Below are positions 46,001-56,266 of a DNA stretch of 64,000 bases, one piece after another. Source of the stretch: Massalongia carnosa (Eukaryota); contig OZ287079.1 in the NCBI GenBank assembly GCA_965645245.1, positions 1,674,001 to 1,738,000 on the forward strand, written 5' to 3'. Below the pieces are notes generated by a model. It was not told the origin of the DNA, ran no database searches, and worked only from the letters and a program-made list of their open reading frames with translations. The position numbers were made by a program, and so were the translations under genes. Numbering within the stretch: position 1 is the first letter of the stretch; every line of letters starts with the position of its first letter.

Positions 46001-48921
46001 TTGTATGGCTTCTTCAGGGCTCGGTGCAGGGAGATGTGAGGCGATTTCCAATCTAGTCCTTTTGTCGGCGTCCTATTTAGCAAGTGTCCAGCAGCGAGAT
46101 AGCACTCGGGATACAGATCTTCTGGCAAATCGGCGCCGATGCGAATGCATCTAGCCTTCTGAGTCAAAAGGCTTCCTGCCCTCTCAGCCGACCCATTCTG
46201 CTCCTTAGTATGCTTTGCGGACCATTCAAACGCGATTCCCTGTTCCTTGACGAAGTCCTGAATGACGTCTCCAACCGACGTTTCCTGATCCATTCGAAAG
46301 GTCTGAACGAAAAGACCGAATTCGGCTCCGAGTCGATCGCACCGATTTATGACATGCTTGACAATCCTAAGTAGTGTCTCCTGCTTATGATCTTGCAGGG
46401 GGAAGACCCAATGAAACGAGGTGAAATCATCCTGAAAATGAGCGACGCAGGTGGTCCCATCGAAAGCAGTCCTTTTCAAAATAATGAGGTCAAAATGAAG
46501 ACGCTGGAATGGTTTAGTGGCTTTAGTAGCCGAGACCCTTGATACTAGTGTATGCATTTTTGACAATGCGCACGTCTCACATTTCACTGTCTTTGGAGCA
46601 TCTTGACCACTGTTACCTCTTGAAATCTCAATCATCTTCTGATTCGACAATTGGTTAATGACTTCCGGTTGGCAATGTCCTAGGCGGAGATGAAATTTCC
46701 ATGGCGTGCCTTTTGGGATGGCATCTGCCGAGACTCGGGAACCGACGAAATTTGCGAAAGCACCAGCGTGGCCAACGGGACGATACTCGGCAGTGTAGAG
46801 ACCGAAATGCTCTTCCAATTCGAAGATTGAAATACCCTTCTTCTCGACCGTGTCCGTATGCATGTTCCACAGAAATCCATCCTTTTTCAGCTTGCTGACC
46901 GAAATCAAAGTCACCGATGAGTCGGGAACGTATGCTGTGTGTCGAAAATGCAGAGGCTGATTCTTCCCTTTTAGTGTCCCATTCACCAACATTGTCCCAA
47001 AACCTTCAATAAGGAGATCTCCGTCGGGAGTCGAGACCCACTCGTATGCCGGGATGATTTCGTCAATAAAACGGGATTTGTCCCAGGTCAGATGATTGGA
47101 GCATCCCGAGTCGTAGGAGACGCTGAGATGAAGCAGATTGTCGCGATCCGAGATAGTATTTCCAAAAGAGACTGGAGCATTCTCGACAACAGGGAGCTCG
47201 GCGGGAGCATTGCCATTGCCTCGGCCACGACCTCCATCTCCGCGACCCCCTCGACCTCCACCTCTTCCTCTTCCTCGAGGTTTCAAAGGTTCATCAGGCT
47301 CGGAGATGCCGTTGAGAATGTCGGATGTAGCGGCGCGTTTGACATACCAATAAAGCTTAGAATTGGACCCGATTTTCTGTCGGATGTGGTCGCGTATCTC
47401 CTTATTGAATTTCCATCCCGAGATTCTAGACTCGACTGTCAAATAAGGGCATCTTTTCCAGGAGTGAGTTTCGCCGCAAAGGCATTCGTTATTGCTGTAC
47501 TTGCTATCGTCAGAAGTGGAATTTCCCTGATCGGAAGACTGTCCTTGTAGAGAAGCGGAATTCGCCGAGAGCTGCTGACGACGACCAGTGCTGATTGCAT
47601 TTTCTTCTATCTCGGTCCGATACTCATTGGCGGCCTCGAAGAATTTAAGGGGACGACCTGATACATTTCGTATCTTGATCCAGGTGTCGCAAAAGAATGG
47701 TGCCCATATCCGAGCGGCTTTCAGAAAGTGCTGAGTGTAGATATACTCACTATAGATGGGTTCAACTTTCAAAGCAACGATTTCTTCCCTCAGCGTTTCC
47801 CATTGGCAGATCCAAGATTCGATCTTCCCTTTCACCGGGTGAGAATTTCTCAACTCGTCGTATTGGCGATCGATCTGCCTTTGAACTTCGTCCGGACTCT
47901 TTTTGAACTTATGGGCCAGGGACTGAAGAATTTCTCGAACCGAGGATGATCTGACATTCCTGGCGACATAATCTTTAGCCGACTCTAGGATGACCGTATG
48001 AACCTTCTCAATTCCCATGGCTGCGGCCCTGGCATCTGCCTGAAGCCCTCGATGTGACCGTTCATCTGCATTGTACGACTCCTTCTGTGATTCCGAGAGA
48101 TCGGCATACCGAGAACATGGTTCGGGAATCAGGACCGGCGGACCATTTAAATCGCCGAGAACTGTCCCTTGAGAAGAACCTTGAGAAGCGACAATAGCAG
48201 GCGTAGGGGTATTGGTAGAGTCAGTGCCAGGCGTATTTGCCGAGACGACTTTGACGTAATCACTGTATTTGGGAAATTTGGGAATGGTAGGTTCCGACTC
48301 TGATCCTTCCGGATCGACGTACTCCCATACCTGAGATCGTACCGCGATACCCTTGATTTCCGACAACCAGGAATTGTAGGTCCTAGGCGTCAGAGCCGAG
48401 ACGATGAGTTTCCGAGACGATCCCGACGAGTAGTCTTCCATTTGGGATAACCGACCAAAGATGGAGACAGATGGGAAAAACAGGGAAACGACCAAAAAGG
48501 CAAAGGAAAATAGAAGCACGAGGAATAAATCAACTCTGCGATGCTCCATGAGAGATACGATAATTCCGGCGGCGATACTCAGCCTGCCTAGGATATTTCG
48601 GGGTCGATGAAGGCAGCGATAAATCAGCTTACCAATAACTAAAGTTAAGACGGAGGCAGCGAAAAATTCAGCTAACCCGGGCTCATAACTGTCAACCTTT
48701 CACATGAATTCAGGAAGGATGGAAAAAGGCTGTATTCTGTATGTGGGAAATGCCCACATCTAGCTACCTATATAGAAGGGAAAAGGGGTCATGGCAGCAA
48801 CGATATTAACCCCGGCAAATTGAGGGGTAAAGGTGTGGAAGAAATGGCGTAGCTTAGCGGCATCTGCCGCGACAGGGGGTCGAGGATCGGCGATGAGAAT
48901 CGACCACATTCAGGTTTGACA
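43094..48921 (-). mobile_element. Intact Ty1/Copia element with identical 232-bp LTRs (43094-43325, 48690-48921)
   Basis: TSD AGAAT; PBS-like GTTATGAGCCC after the 5' LTR; PPT before the 3' LTR. Confidence 0.97.
43492..48549 (-). CDS. Copia Gag-Pol polyprotein (up to 1685 aa; the true start may be the downstream MEDYSS)
   Basis: Uninterrupted ORF: CLCGETHSWKRC knuckle, YDSGCSNH protease, HHCC/DDE integrase, YVDD RT, ADASFA RNase H. Confidence 0.95.
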   Translation of the reverse strand: MEHRRVDLFLVLLFSFAFLVVSLFFPSVSIFGRLSQMEDYSSGSSRKLIVSALTPRTYNSWLSEIKGIAVRSQVWEYVDPEGSESEPTIPKFPKYSDYVKVVSANTPGTDSTNTPTPAIVASQGSSQGTVLGDLNGPPVLIPEPCSRYADLSESQKESYNADERSHRGLQADARAAAMGIEKVHTVILESAKDYVARNVRSSSVREILQSLAHKFKKSPDEVQRQIDRQYDELRNSHPVKGKIESWICQWETLREEIVALKVEPIYSEYIYTQHFLKAARIWAPFFCDTWIKIRNVSGRPLKFFEAANEYRTEIEENAISTGRRQQLSANSASLQGQSSDQGNSTSDDSKYSNNECLCGETHSWKRCPYLTVESRISGWKFNKEIRDHIRQKIGSNSKLYWYVKRAATSDILNGISEPDEPLKPRGRGRGGGRGGRGDGGRGRGNGNAPAELPVVENAPVSFGNTISDRDNLLHLSVSYDSGCSNHLTWDKSRFIDEIIPAYEWVSTPDGDLLIEGFGTMLVNGTLKGKNQPLHFRHTAYVPDSSVTLISVSKLKKDGFLWNMHTDTVEKKGISIFELEEHFGLYTAEYRPVGHAGAFANFVGSRVSADAIPKGTPWKFHLRLGHCQPEVINQLSNQKMIEISRGNSGQDAPKTVKCETCALSKMHTLVSRVSATKATKPFQRLHFDLIILKRTAFDGTTCVAHFQDDFTSFHWVFPLQDHKQETLLRIVKHVINRCDRLGAEFGLFVQTFRMDQETSVGDVIQDFVKEQGIAFEWSAKHTKEQNGSAERAGSLLTQKARCIRIGADLPEDLYPECYLAAGHLLNRTPTKGLDWKSPHISLHRALKKPYNSEIGHLKVFGCKAYPLLKGKDAPPKSEKLAPRAFVGYLVGYDSTNIYRVWNPETWSVSGYRDVIFDEDQTFSTYVKKDLIPEEKVAEFVELEVFDAAPYIVDLAENEEQWLATSVRNRSFADPSSSVENSSALDVPASLTAKDVPIMPRHSPSQQHLPTPESTPPPSTSAPAATSSSTSRDKRVVKDSLPSSIDLPTDLPETGRTPLGIAESFGTGPSRNIGSAKLDVSNIVEGKRVRKPKQKFANLAAPLGIRPLGIASEPLGNTNSGLDDGMKEVYLAFAVTTRSTRLHRDSLPPPPKQWRGMLRHPHAEGFRKAAEFEYQTLLRMDTFVVIPKTSNQKPLPLMWVFTYKFDPDGFLVKYKARLVVRGDLEEVSAEDVYASTLAIKIFRCLMALTSAFGLRTRQFDAINAFLNAKADRVIHVYMPDGFVIEGKCLLLVRALYGLRKSPLLWLREFSKALTSLDMQQIPGEPCLFTDYSGIILFFYVDDIVIIFPESRAADVDLLIQKLNARFELRDMGQLSFFLGVRIVRNAGDIYLCQDSYMDKLAIEYEIDTSKSPSSPLPSDFIAFTSASAASPDSDSPRSVDQSLRQEYRKKVGSICYPANITRPDVAKAASKLAEHLTCPGLEHLDAANHCLQYLHATKYLAIKYSPSGGGELTVQSPDDDQLSAKHVFENTADASFANSPERRSYEGFTFKLYGGMIDWAARKQATVSTSTTEAELLALLHAGKACIWWINFFGKLGFDYDHSVKIYNDNMQTIRILTSEQPKVTTKLLHVDIAQLWLRQSVQFGHLNVGYLQTNRMTADGLTKPLPPQKHRSFLEMLGLIDIKCLI

Positions 48922-49396
48922 AGAATCGGGACATGGCACGGGCAAAACGAGAATTGCGGTCAAAAAATAGAAGGAAGATCATTATTTGAAGTACTATTTC
49001 AACTGTGCTTCCTCACCTGACTTGGCCGTTATTGAAAACTGCTGGCAGCCAATCGAACAGCACGTACGAAAATATCCTCGCTGGGACGATGCATCTCTAG
49101 AGGAGTTGATTCATGAGGGGTAGAGTCGGGTGAGTCAGGAGTTCATCAATGAAAAAGTACGTTCAATGCCCGATAGATTGAAAGAGGTAAAAGAAGCTCA
49201 GGGTAGGATGACGGGCTATTGAATTAATATAAATAGTAAAATTTCAATGATTATTTCAATAATTATTTCAATGATAATTCACGATAATTGCAAATGAGAT
49301 AGGTAATAATGAAAAAAGGGGGAAACTTTAATAGGGTAAACTCGCTTACACGTTGCGAGTTTTTTCTTCCCCCGCGTGCCTCGTACCCTTGTACTT

Positions 49397-49452
49397 TGCC
49401 ACACCACCAGTAATCGTTTTCGCTTACTAAAACGATTACTGGTGGTGTGGCA
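49397..49452. repeat. Perfect 24-bp inverted repeat with 8-nt loop
   Basis: TGCCACACCACCAGTAATCGTTTT-cgcttact-AAAACGATTACTGGTGGTGTGGCA. Confidence 0.95.
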
Positions 49453-49668
49453 CGATTATAACTGATGTGATATCCCTCTCGCTGGTGAATTGGCACCCCC
49501 CTTCTGCACTAGCTATAGATAGTTTAGAGCTCCCGAAACCTTAAATATTTACCAATCAAATAAGCGGCTTGCTACCCCTTTCTGACCTTTTTTAAGAATT
49601 GCCCAATCAAATTACTATTTACCTGAACTCCATCTACTTCTTTCAATTCAAATGCATTGCCGCCCAGC

Positions 49669-52600
49669 TGTTAGAGTGACTCTGGACTAGGAGTAGCGTA
49701 GTGGGTTAAGAGTAGAACAATTTAGTACGGAGTAGTTAAATTGTAAGATGATCTATCTAGGTGGGCCTAACACCATATTATATAGATCAGTAGGAATAGT
49801 CGAGGTCGAGTTTCTTCAGTACTCTGCCAACTATGCCAACTAAGGGCGGACGTTCCTCCGTGGGCTCAGACCTTCTGTCCCGTCCCATTAGTCATCGCTT
49901 GACCTGACTATAGTATGACTGTGTTCAGCACCGCTGAGTCATCAGGCTTAGTAATAATCAGCCTTATACGGCGGCTGCTCATCCACGATATAGGCCCTCC
50001 CCCTAGCATGTACACGTATCCCAAGATCGATTTTCTTTCGAGCCTATCAGCTGCGTAGTCTGAATCGGAATACCCAATGAGGCCTTGGCATGATTCCCCC
50101 CAGCCCCATACAGTATACCGATGTCAAGGGTGGACCGAACGTATCTAAGCAGCGTCTTTAGTGCATGACCGTGATGAGCAGCTGGATCACTGAGATATTG
50201 GCTCAGCCTTCCAAGAGCAAAAGCTATATCTGGCCGCGTATGAATTGCCGCGTACATCAGGCTTCCAACAATTTGCTGATATTCTCTTTGATCTATGCGC
50301 TTATCATCTTTTCCAGCCGGTCGCAATGAATCATAGCCGTTCATTGGAATTTCGGTAGGCCTATGTTTGTCAGCGCTCATATGTGTTCTCTCCATCACAT
50401 CTTTGAGATAATGCGTCTGGTCCATTCGAAGAGTTCGATTTTTCCGATCTCTGGTTACTCGTATGCCCAGAACCTTCGACACTTCTCCTAGATCCTTGAT
50501 GCTAACGGCAGCATTGAACTCTTTCTTGAACCAATTAATCTCTTTCGTCATTTTGGAGGCGATCACTAGGTCATCTACGTGCATGAATATAATGATTCCC
50601 TTTTTAGGATGAGTGAATAGGCATGGGTCAGATGAGCATTGAATGAAGCCTAGTTTGGTCAGCTCATTTGTACAGCGGCTATTCCATTCTCTGGCGGACT
50701 GCTTTAAACCGTATAGACTTTGCAGAATCTGAAGAACTCTACCAGGGGCAACGTTTACTCCTTCTGATGCGGTCATGTAAATGACATCTTTCAAGGTTGA
50801 TTGGGTAAATGCGTTATTCACGTCCACTTGATGACATTCCAGGTTTTCCATCGCTACTATGGCAAGCACTGCACGTAGGGTATCCGATCTTACCGTGGGG
50901 GCGAAAGTGTCCTCATAGTCGATGCCGTATTTTTGAGTAAACCCACGGGCGACTAATCTTGCTTTGAACTTCTCCAATGAACCATCGAGGTTGGTTTTTA
51001 CTTTAAACACCCATTTGCAGGTGACGATGTTCGTTTTGTGAGGTGGAACAACTTCTTTCCAAGTCTTATTACCGATGAGCGCCTTGATCTCGGTGTTCAC
51101 TGCTTCTTTCCATAGTTCCCCCCACACCGGATCATTTACTGCTTCCTTGTAAGACTTAGGCTCGGGTATGTTTCTTTCAAATGCAGAAGCACCAGCCGAT
51201 AGGGCAGATTCGAATTTGAGATAGCCATCTTCATCCTCGTTATTATCGTCGGCGAACAGCGCTAGAAAAGTGCGCGGTATTTTGAAAGCCGGTTCTTCGG
51301 GAACTGAGTCTTCATCAGATCGCTTTCGCTTCGGGATTGCAACATGAGAGAATATGCTAGTGCTAGCCTTAGGCACAGCTCCGGCTGGGATTGAATCATT
51401 CGCTATGGGCGACTCTTCGGAAGTTGGGATTGGTGGTACGTTTTGAGTGACATCATCTTTCGGGTTTGGTTGGTCATGAGTTTGATTCTGTTGACTAGGA
51501 ACCTCCACATGCGAAAATCTTTCTACTAATTTGGCGGGTTCGCTGATTTTCGTTTCTTTTGTCTTTTGTGGTCTTCCTACTGGCCGTCTTTCTGGTAGCA
51601 CGTTGGGTGTCTGCTTCCGCAAGTTTAAATCAACGCTGTCACCTTTTAAATTTTCATCAAATTTTACGACATGGCTTCTGCTGATTTTTCCCATGTCGGG
51701 TGCCCAGAGACGATACTGTTTAGTTGTCTCTTCTACATATCCCATAAAGACTCCGATTCTGCCTCTGTCCATGAACTTGTCTCTTCTGTCCCCCGCGGGT
51801 AGCGATTTGGGATCGACGTACGAATAGCATTTGCATCCCCATACCCTAATATGATCAATGGATGGCTTGACGCCCGTGAAGGCTTCTCCCGGTGTGCTAG
51901 GATAGCCGTTGATGATCGGTCCGCATCCCGTGCGATTCCGAAGATATGCATCAGTTTCCATGGCTTCCTTCCAGAATTCGATTGGGAGTTCTGCGTCCTT
52001 TATCATGGCTCGCACCGAGTTCTCGGTGGTACGAATTGCTCGCTCGGCGACTCCGTTCTGAATAGACATATGAGGAATGGTGTATTGCGGAATAATACCG
52101 ATTGAGGAGCACCATTCATCAAGAGTAGCCTTCAGCTCGGTGGCATTGTCACTCCGTACAGCCAATAGTCTTTGTGCACTTTGTAATTCGACTTTTATTC
52201 TCCATTTTCGCAATTCACCTGGTGCTTCGTCTCGCCTTTTGAGTGGAATGGACCATATCTTTCTAGAATAGTTGTCCACAATTTCCAAAAAGTATATGTA
52301 TCCTTCTCGAGAGGCAGGCAAAGGACCGCAAATATCGATGGAGACCAGAGCCAGAAGAGAGGTTTTTCGCTCGGTCGCTTTGCCTCTTTTATTGGTGAGC
52401 TTAGTGAGCGCGCATACCTCGCAAATGTGATCCTCTTCTTTGCTGACCGGAATAGGCTTTTCTAGGGTGGTGACCTTATGCAGATTACGAAGCTTTTCTC
52501 GGCCTAGGTGAGCAAATCTTCGATGCCATAGCCTGTACGTTTCAGAGTGTTTGTCCGTCTTGGTTGGGTTAAGTGCGGGTGTTGACTCAATCTCGATTTC

Positions 52601-54713
52601 CATATTGTTATGTATTTTTGGACATGTTAAACCCGCGCCGCGCGGCTTTAACGCCTCTGATGAAGACGAGAGTGATGCAATATCAACTTTGCTTGGAAAG
52701 GCAATGTCATGATGCATGGACGCGGTTAATGCGAATTGATCGAGATCCTTTGCTATTTTCTCGACGATATATACTCCCCCTCGCTGCCGTGCCTCCATGA
52801 TCTCCTTGCCTTGCTTGTCATGCATCTTCAGCCCGTGCTGGTCGAAACTTCCGATGAGGCCCTTCTCGCACATCCGCCTTCCAGACAAGAGATTAACCCC
52901 TAGCTTGGGGACATAAAGGACAGAAGAAAGAAATCCCTGATTTCCGTGCCCATCCTTGATCACGCACGTACCGCGATGACATGCTCTCAATTCTCCCCCG
53001 CCGACCTTTATTCTTCTTTCTCTGATCTTTGTCAGAGGTCCGCTAAAGAGCTGAAGCTTGTCAGTCATGTGGGATGATGCGCCAGAGTCAGCTACCCATT
53101 TTGATCTGGGAATCTTACAGACAGCTTCTCTGGAGAGAGCCGCAGTTTCCTCGAGATCATCTAGATCATCGTCATTGTCGCCTGATGAGAAGCTATCGTT
53201 CTCGTCCTCTTCTTCTGACTCGCCAGCGAGATAGCTCCGATGGCGCTTGACGGATGATTTGCCCTTATTGACCTCTTCCTTCTTCTTCGCGAGGCTCCTG
53301 ACGTGGCTGCGAGTGCTTTCCAAGAATTCGCACTCTTTGGTCCAGTGGCCGACTTCTCCACAGATTAAGCATCCCTTTTGCGAGTTGACCTTGATTTTCG
53401 TTTCTCTCTTTGCACTTGAGGACCTTTCGTGCCGTCTGGATCGCTCCTGCCTGGAGTTGTTGAATGTGCTTCGACTTCTGGATGGGTTGAGAGGCCGTCG
53501 CTGCTCTCTTCGCTGTTCTTTCTGCTTTGCGAGCAAGGCTAAATCTGCTTTCGCCTGTGTTAGCTGCATTTCTTTGTCTTCCAACCTTTTTATGCCAATT
53601 TCGGCATCTACTCCCCCAATTGCATCAATTCCGTCCCTAATGACCGCGTACTCGGCTGGGAGAGATTGTAAGAGTAATTGGAATAGTTGCCGAGTGGGAA
53701 ATGCGTCTCGAAGTGTGGGTGTGGCCACGACGACCTTGTCTCTCAACAACAAAAGTTCCCCCCATGCCTCCTGAACGGTGGTGTTCTCTTTCATTTTATA
53801 TGACACCAGCTCTTGAAGGTAATGCCTTCCTGAAGTGGGAAGGATGTTGTTGTACTTGCTTAACAGCGAGGTCCACTTTTCCGCCGCTGTCTTCATCACT
53901 CTTACGCGTTCTTGATCGAATTGGCTTAAGCAGATGGTTATAAGATAGCATGCTTTAGCGTTGTCCTTTCTCCATCTTTCCGAATCGATGAATGGGGTTC
54001 CCGGGTGAGGGGTGTGTCTGATTTATCTATTTCCTTTCCATCAAGGCTTAATTTGTCCATTCGCTGCTGAAGGTACGAGGAATTGGGCTGTGGCTCGCTT
54101 ATTGTATGAAAGATGCCTTCCGCTTCGAAATGCATTTCGGCCAGCTCGAAGCATCTTTGATAGTTCTCCCTTGTCAGAACGGGCAAGGGTCTTCTTTTCG
54201 CTAGATCGTCTGCGATTGTTGTCATTTTTGATATTTGATTGTGCTTGTTGGATCCGTCGTATCAAGCTGCCGGGAGTGCTGGTTTGTCCTGCCACAGGAA
54301 TCGTAAGGAGCTGCCGAGGTGCTGGTTTATCCTACCATAGGAATCGTAAGGAGCTGCCGAGGTGCTGGTTTATCCTACCATAGGAATCGTAAGGAGCTGC
54401 CGAGGTGCTGATTCTTCCTACCTAAAGGAATCGTAGTCGAGCTGCCGAGATAGCGATTTGCGAAGAGCTATATCCTTTTCTGATGTTCGGAAGCTTGTTG
54501 CTGACCGTGCTCATACCAGTTAAAAGGAGACTCTGGTTGCAGGTGATCGCATTGACTATGAAGCTATCTAAAAGGAAAAGAGCAGACTTTTCACCAAAGG
54601 GCAAAGCACGCTAAACCTAAAACCTTCCTAGAGAAGATTAGACTACCCGCTATCCACGTTATGAGGCAGTGAGCCCAAGCCATTATAACCATAATCGCAA
54701 CCGCCATTCAACA
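49669..54713 (-). mobile_element. Ty1/Copia element with frameshifted gag, truncated RNase H and non-matching LTR-like ends
   Basis: ORFs 54225-53938 and 53899-50003 (CLICGEVGHWTKEC, WVADSGASSH, VRSDN, HVDD). RNase H stops after GGPISWMS (~49975). Candidate 5' LTR 54519-54713 is followed by TGGTATGAGC. LTR-like DNA at 49669-49975. Confidence 0.88.
54256..54450. repeat. 43-bp tandem repeat (~4.5 copies) in the Copia 5' leader
   Basis: AGGAATCGTAAGGAGCTGCCGAGGTGCTGGTTTATCCTACCAT units at 54296, 54339, 54382 and 54426 (partial). Confidence 0.9.
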
Positions 54714-55720
54714 AGAAAGACACTAACTTTGGATAAAAGATCTCAAGTAGTTATATTTTAAACCCCTTTCCAGCCTGCTTTGAGGTTATTTGTAGAGTAT
54801 GACGTGATCCACCTTCGACTTTAATAAGCTGCTCATCAATTGATATGATTCTTCCTGGTTGATAGTACTTCAACGAGGCCTGACGAAAATCAGTAGCAAG
54901 AGGTTCCAACTTCTTCCACCAATCGAGGTTCTGTACGTCCATTATTAAGCTTTAAGAATCTCTTGATTTGTTGAAATCGTACGAGGGACATGGCTTCTGA
55001 AATAGATAGGAAAATAGGCTTGTCGGGGCATTGATTCCAGTTGTAACGGTTCGACCATGCGTGGTGCGGACGGCAGGACCTACAGCGAACATTGCAGGAG
55101 TCCCATTTATAGAGGACATGTGGCGCAATGGTTGAAATCTATTCACTATCTCGCTTCGTCACAGAAATGTTATGATCTACCTAGCGACAAGTCATAGGGA
55201 CGCTAGAAACGAATACAATAAAGATAAAGAAGGAAAAAGACAATCAACAACCAGAACCTTCCCCTATACATCCTCTACTGCTCTAGTACCCATGTGGTAT
55301 AGTCGTCATGGAACATTCTAGTAGCTGCGGGAACGAAATCGAAAGTGCCTGCGTGTTCCATCTACGATTGCCCTAGGCGGTGTCGAAGTCGTGCCGTGTA
55401 GATTCGTGACACCAGTAATCTTCTGTGGCAGACGCATGATCCATGCCCATCAACAAAAGAATGCCCAAAAAAACCTCAATTTCTGGTCCAATGGTGTCAT
55501 ACCATGGGCGATAATTATTCTACTTTTCTTTCTCTGTATGGTCGTGGGCGTTGATGTTCGTGTGATAAGCGATGGTCCGACAGAGCTGAGTCGTAATAAA
55601 GAGCTGAAAAAATCCAAAAGGAGTATCAAAAAGACCATTCACCAGCGATCTTGGAGGTCTATCATCAATTGAAATGGGGTTGTAACTCGAAAGAGGAGTA
55701 GGAATGTTCGCCAAGATGCT
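54714..55720 (-). mobile_element. piggyBac-like transposase relic
   Basis: EIEVFLGILLLMG...EDYW/NQ, MSLVRFQQIKRFL, WWKKLEPL and ISIDEQLI...GKGFKI motifs; termini not found. Confidence 0.8.
55042..55411. mobile_element. Solo LTR (370 bp) inserted in the piggyBac relic
   Basis: TGTAAC...GTGACA ends; TSD CCAGT; right part matches 62482-62706. Confidence 0.88.
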
Positions 55721-56266
55721 TTTAACAGTACGTTTGCTATTTATCTTATATTGCTTTGCTGCAACGGGGGATTTGTCTGAAACACTCGGAATTTCTTCTT
55801 CATTCAGTCCATGACGCTGAATAAAATATAATATAATGTTTGAAGCAATTGATGGTAGGGAGATTTATTTTCTAATGATAATAATGGTGATGTTTTGAGG
55901 TAGAACGTAAACAAATTTTGATGTTCTTGCTTACTAACACTATGCGACTAACAGCTAGTGCGGGAGAGAACTGATGCGTATGCGAGATAATTGTAGTACC
56001 TGCATGGAGAGACCAGGCGCTTGAGCACGTGCATAGCCTTGGCTCTATCAGCCTGTCATCTATCCCGCCGTGCCCGCATGATGGGCCTTCCATCGGCGAG
56101 TCCGTGCCTATATTTTTTTATATAGATGAATCGTGCTTTTGGAAAGTCTTGGGCGACGAGTTTCTGACCGAGCCTAGGTGCGGTCCTGAGGACGGTAAAG
56201 ATAGGGGGTTTCAGTCTTATTCAATACAGCCCTGAGCTCTAATGTCTACAATCTTCCGACGCAGGA

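Larger units (their letters stand above)
35838..49383 (+). mobile_element. Tc1/mariner element split into three pieces by nested Gypsy and Copia insertions
   Basis: Inverted termini GCACGCGGGG...AACTCGCAACGTG at about 35843 and 49380. Transposase pieces 35930-36047, 42427-43093 and 48927-49222 are collinear with the 18.5-kb transposase. Confidence 0.88.

Noticed and set aside
54256..54450. CRISPR-like array
   Set aside because: Units are contiguous tandem copies without unique spacers, inside a Copia leader in eukaryotic DNA.
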